A stretch of 45,692 nucleotides of DNA, taken from Pseudonocardiales bacterium (GTDB lineage: Bacteria > Actinomycetota > Actinomycetes > Mycobacteriales > QHCA01). The position numbers and the translations under genes were made by a program. Of the stretch, positions 45,323-45,692 are shown piece by piece; within the stretch, counting starts at the first letter, position 1; every line of letters starts with the position of its first letter. The stretch lies in NCBI GenBank assembly GCA_040003795.1, contig JBDUBV010000001.1, forward strand, positions 1 to 45,692, read 5' to 3'. Under the pieces are notes generated by a model. The model was not told the DNA's origin. It saw nothing but the letters and a program-made list of their open reading frames with translations, and made no database searches.

Positions 45323-45619
45323 GGATGGAGCCGCCCTTCTGGCGGGCCCTCCGGGTGTTCCGCTGGCTGGCTCTGGGCTATGTGGCAGCGGTCAACGTGG
45401 CCGACCTGAACAACGTCGAGCACTCGCTCGCCGCCCGCTTGCTGCTTGCCGGCATGTTGCTGTGGACGGTGGTCTCGGCGGTCGCCTACTCCCGCCCGGC
45501 TGGTACCCAGCCACCGGACGGTGCAGAACCACGTACAGAACGCCATGCAGAAGCTGCACCTGCAGAACCGGGCCGGACTGGTCCGCTACGCCATCGAGGC
45601 GGGGCTGGATGAGCGCTAG
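45319..45619 (+). pseudogene. remnant of a two-component system: sensor kinase N-terminus (about 57 codons) joined out of frame to the last ~33 codons of a LuxR-type response regulator
   Basis: Frame 1 reads MEPPFWRALRVFRWLALGYVAAVNV...LLWTVVSAVAYSRPAG, the membrane N-terminus of MacS-like kinases as I remember them. Frame 2, from about 45518, reads TVQNHVQNAMQKLHLQNRAGLVRYAIEAGLDER-stop (45617-45619), the end of a GerE/LuxR HTH. Everything that should lie in between is absent. Confidence 0.6.
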
Positions 45620-45692
45620 GGCAGGAGGTAGGTCCAGCTGCCGTCCGGCAGGTGCCGTCGGGTGACCGGCAGGCCGTCGACCGGCCGACGCT
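45616..45692 (-). CDS. 3' end of an unidentified gene entering from the right edge
   Basis: The reverse strand reads ...RRPVDGLPVTRRHLPDGSWTYLLP-stop. 22 of 24 third codon positions are G/C, consistent with coding. Its stop shares the CTAG at 45616-19 with the plus-strand remnant. The identity is unsupported. Confidence 0.3.
   Translation of the reverse strand, partial: RRPVDGLPVTRRHLPDGSWTYLLP

Noticed and set aside
45247-45665. ORFs 45249..45665 (+, 138 aa) and 45247..45546 (-, 99 aa) as real genes at the right edge.
   Set aside because: Both are Arg/Pro-rich off-frame readings of the plsC 3' end and of the two-component remnant. The recognisable kinase and LuxR fragments lie in the other two plus-strand frames.

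Overview
High-GC (about 70% by eye) actinobacterial chromosome segment.

**Flanks (1-13.9 kb and 35.3-45.7 kb).** These are conserved core genes in the order I remember for M. tuberculosis Rv2194 to Rv2182c (and the Streptomyces SCO21xx region): qcrC, ctaE, ctaG-like, trpD, a DEDD+GIY-YIG nuclease, a family III CoA-transferase, a NYN protein, ripC-like NlpC/P60 behind a c-di-AMP (ydaO-class) riboswitch, two HExxH peptidases and pimB. On the other side are fadD15, SRPBCC proteins, glk, arcC and plsC.

**Accessory block (13.9-35.3 kb).** About 21 kb sits between pimB and fadD15, which I recall as adjacent in M. tuberculosis. It is almost entirely on the minus strand and contains:
- a fused polytopic-membrane/spermidine-synthase-like protein;
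- two tandem Flp pilin genes, each followed by a stem-loop;
- two paralogous polytopic membrane proteins with a DxD loop (GT-C-like, candidate pilin-modifying enzymes);
- a GAF histidine kinase with a NarL-type regulator;
- a pseudo-receiver/HTH/GAF protein;
- a translationally coupled seven-gene Tad operon: tadE-like, a TadG-like protein with two IPT/TIG domains and a low-GC Cys-rich C-terminal domain, cpaB, tadZ, cpaF/tadA, a vWA-TadB fusion, and tadC;
- an ABC transporter and a lipoprotein.

I saw no integrase, transposase, tRNA, rRNA or CRISPR array.

**Other oddities.**
- A compensated double frameshift scrambles the conserved core of the NYN gene.
- A roughly 300-nt scar at the right edge joins the first ~57 codons of a sensor kinase, out of frame, to the last ~33 codons of a LuxR-type response regulator.

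All functional calls come from reading the translations and from remembered family motifs. No searches were run.
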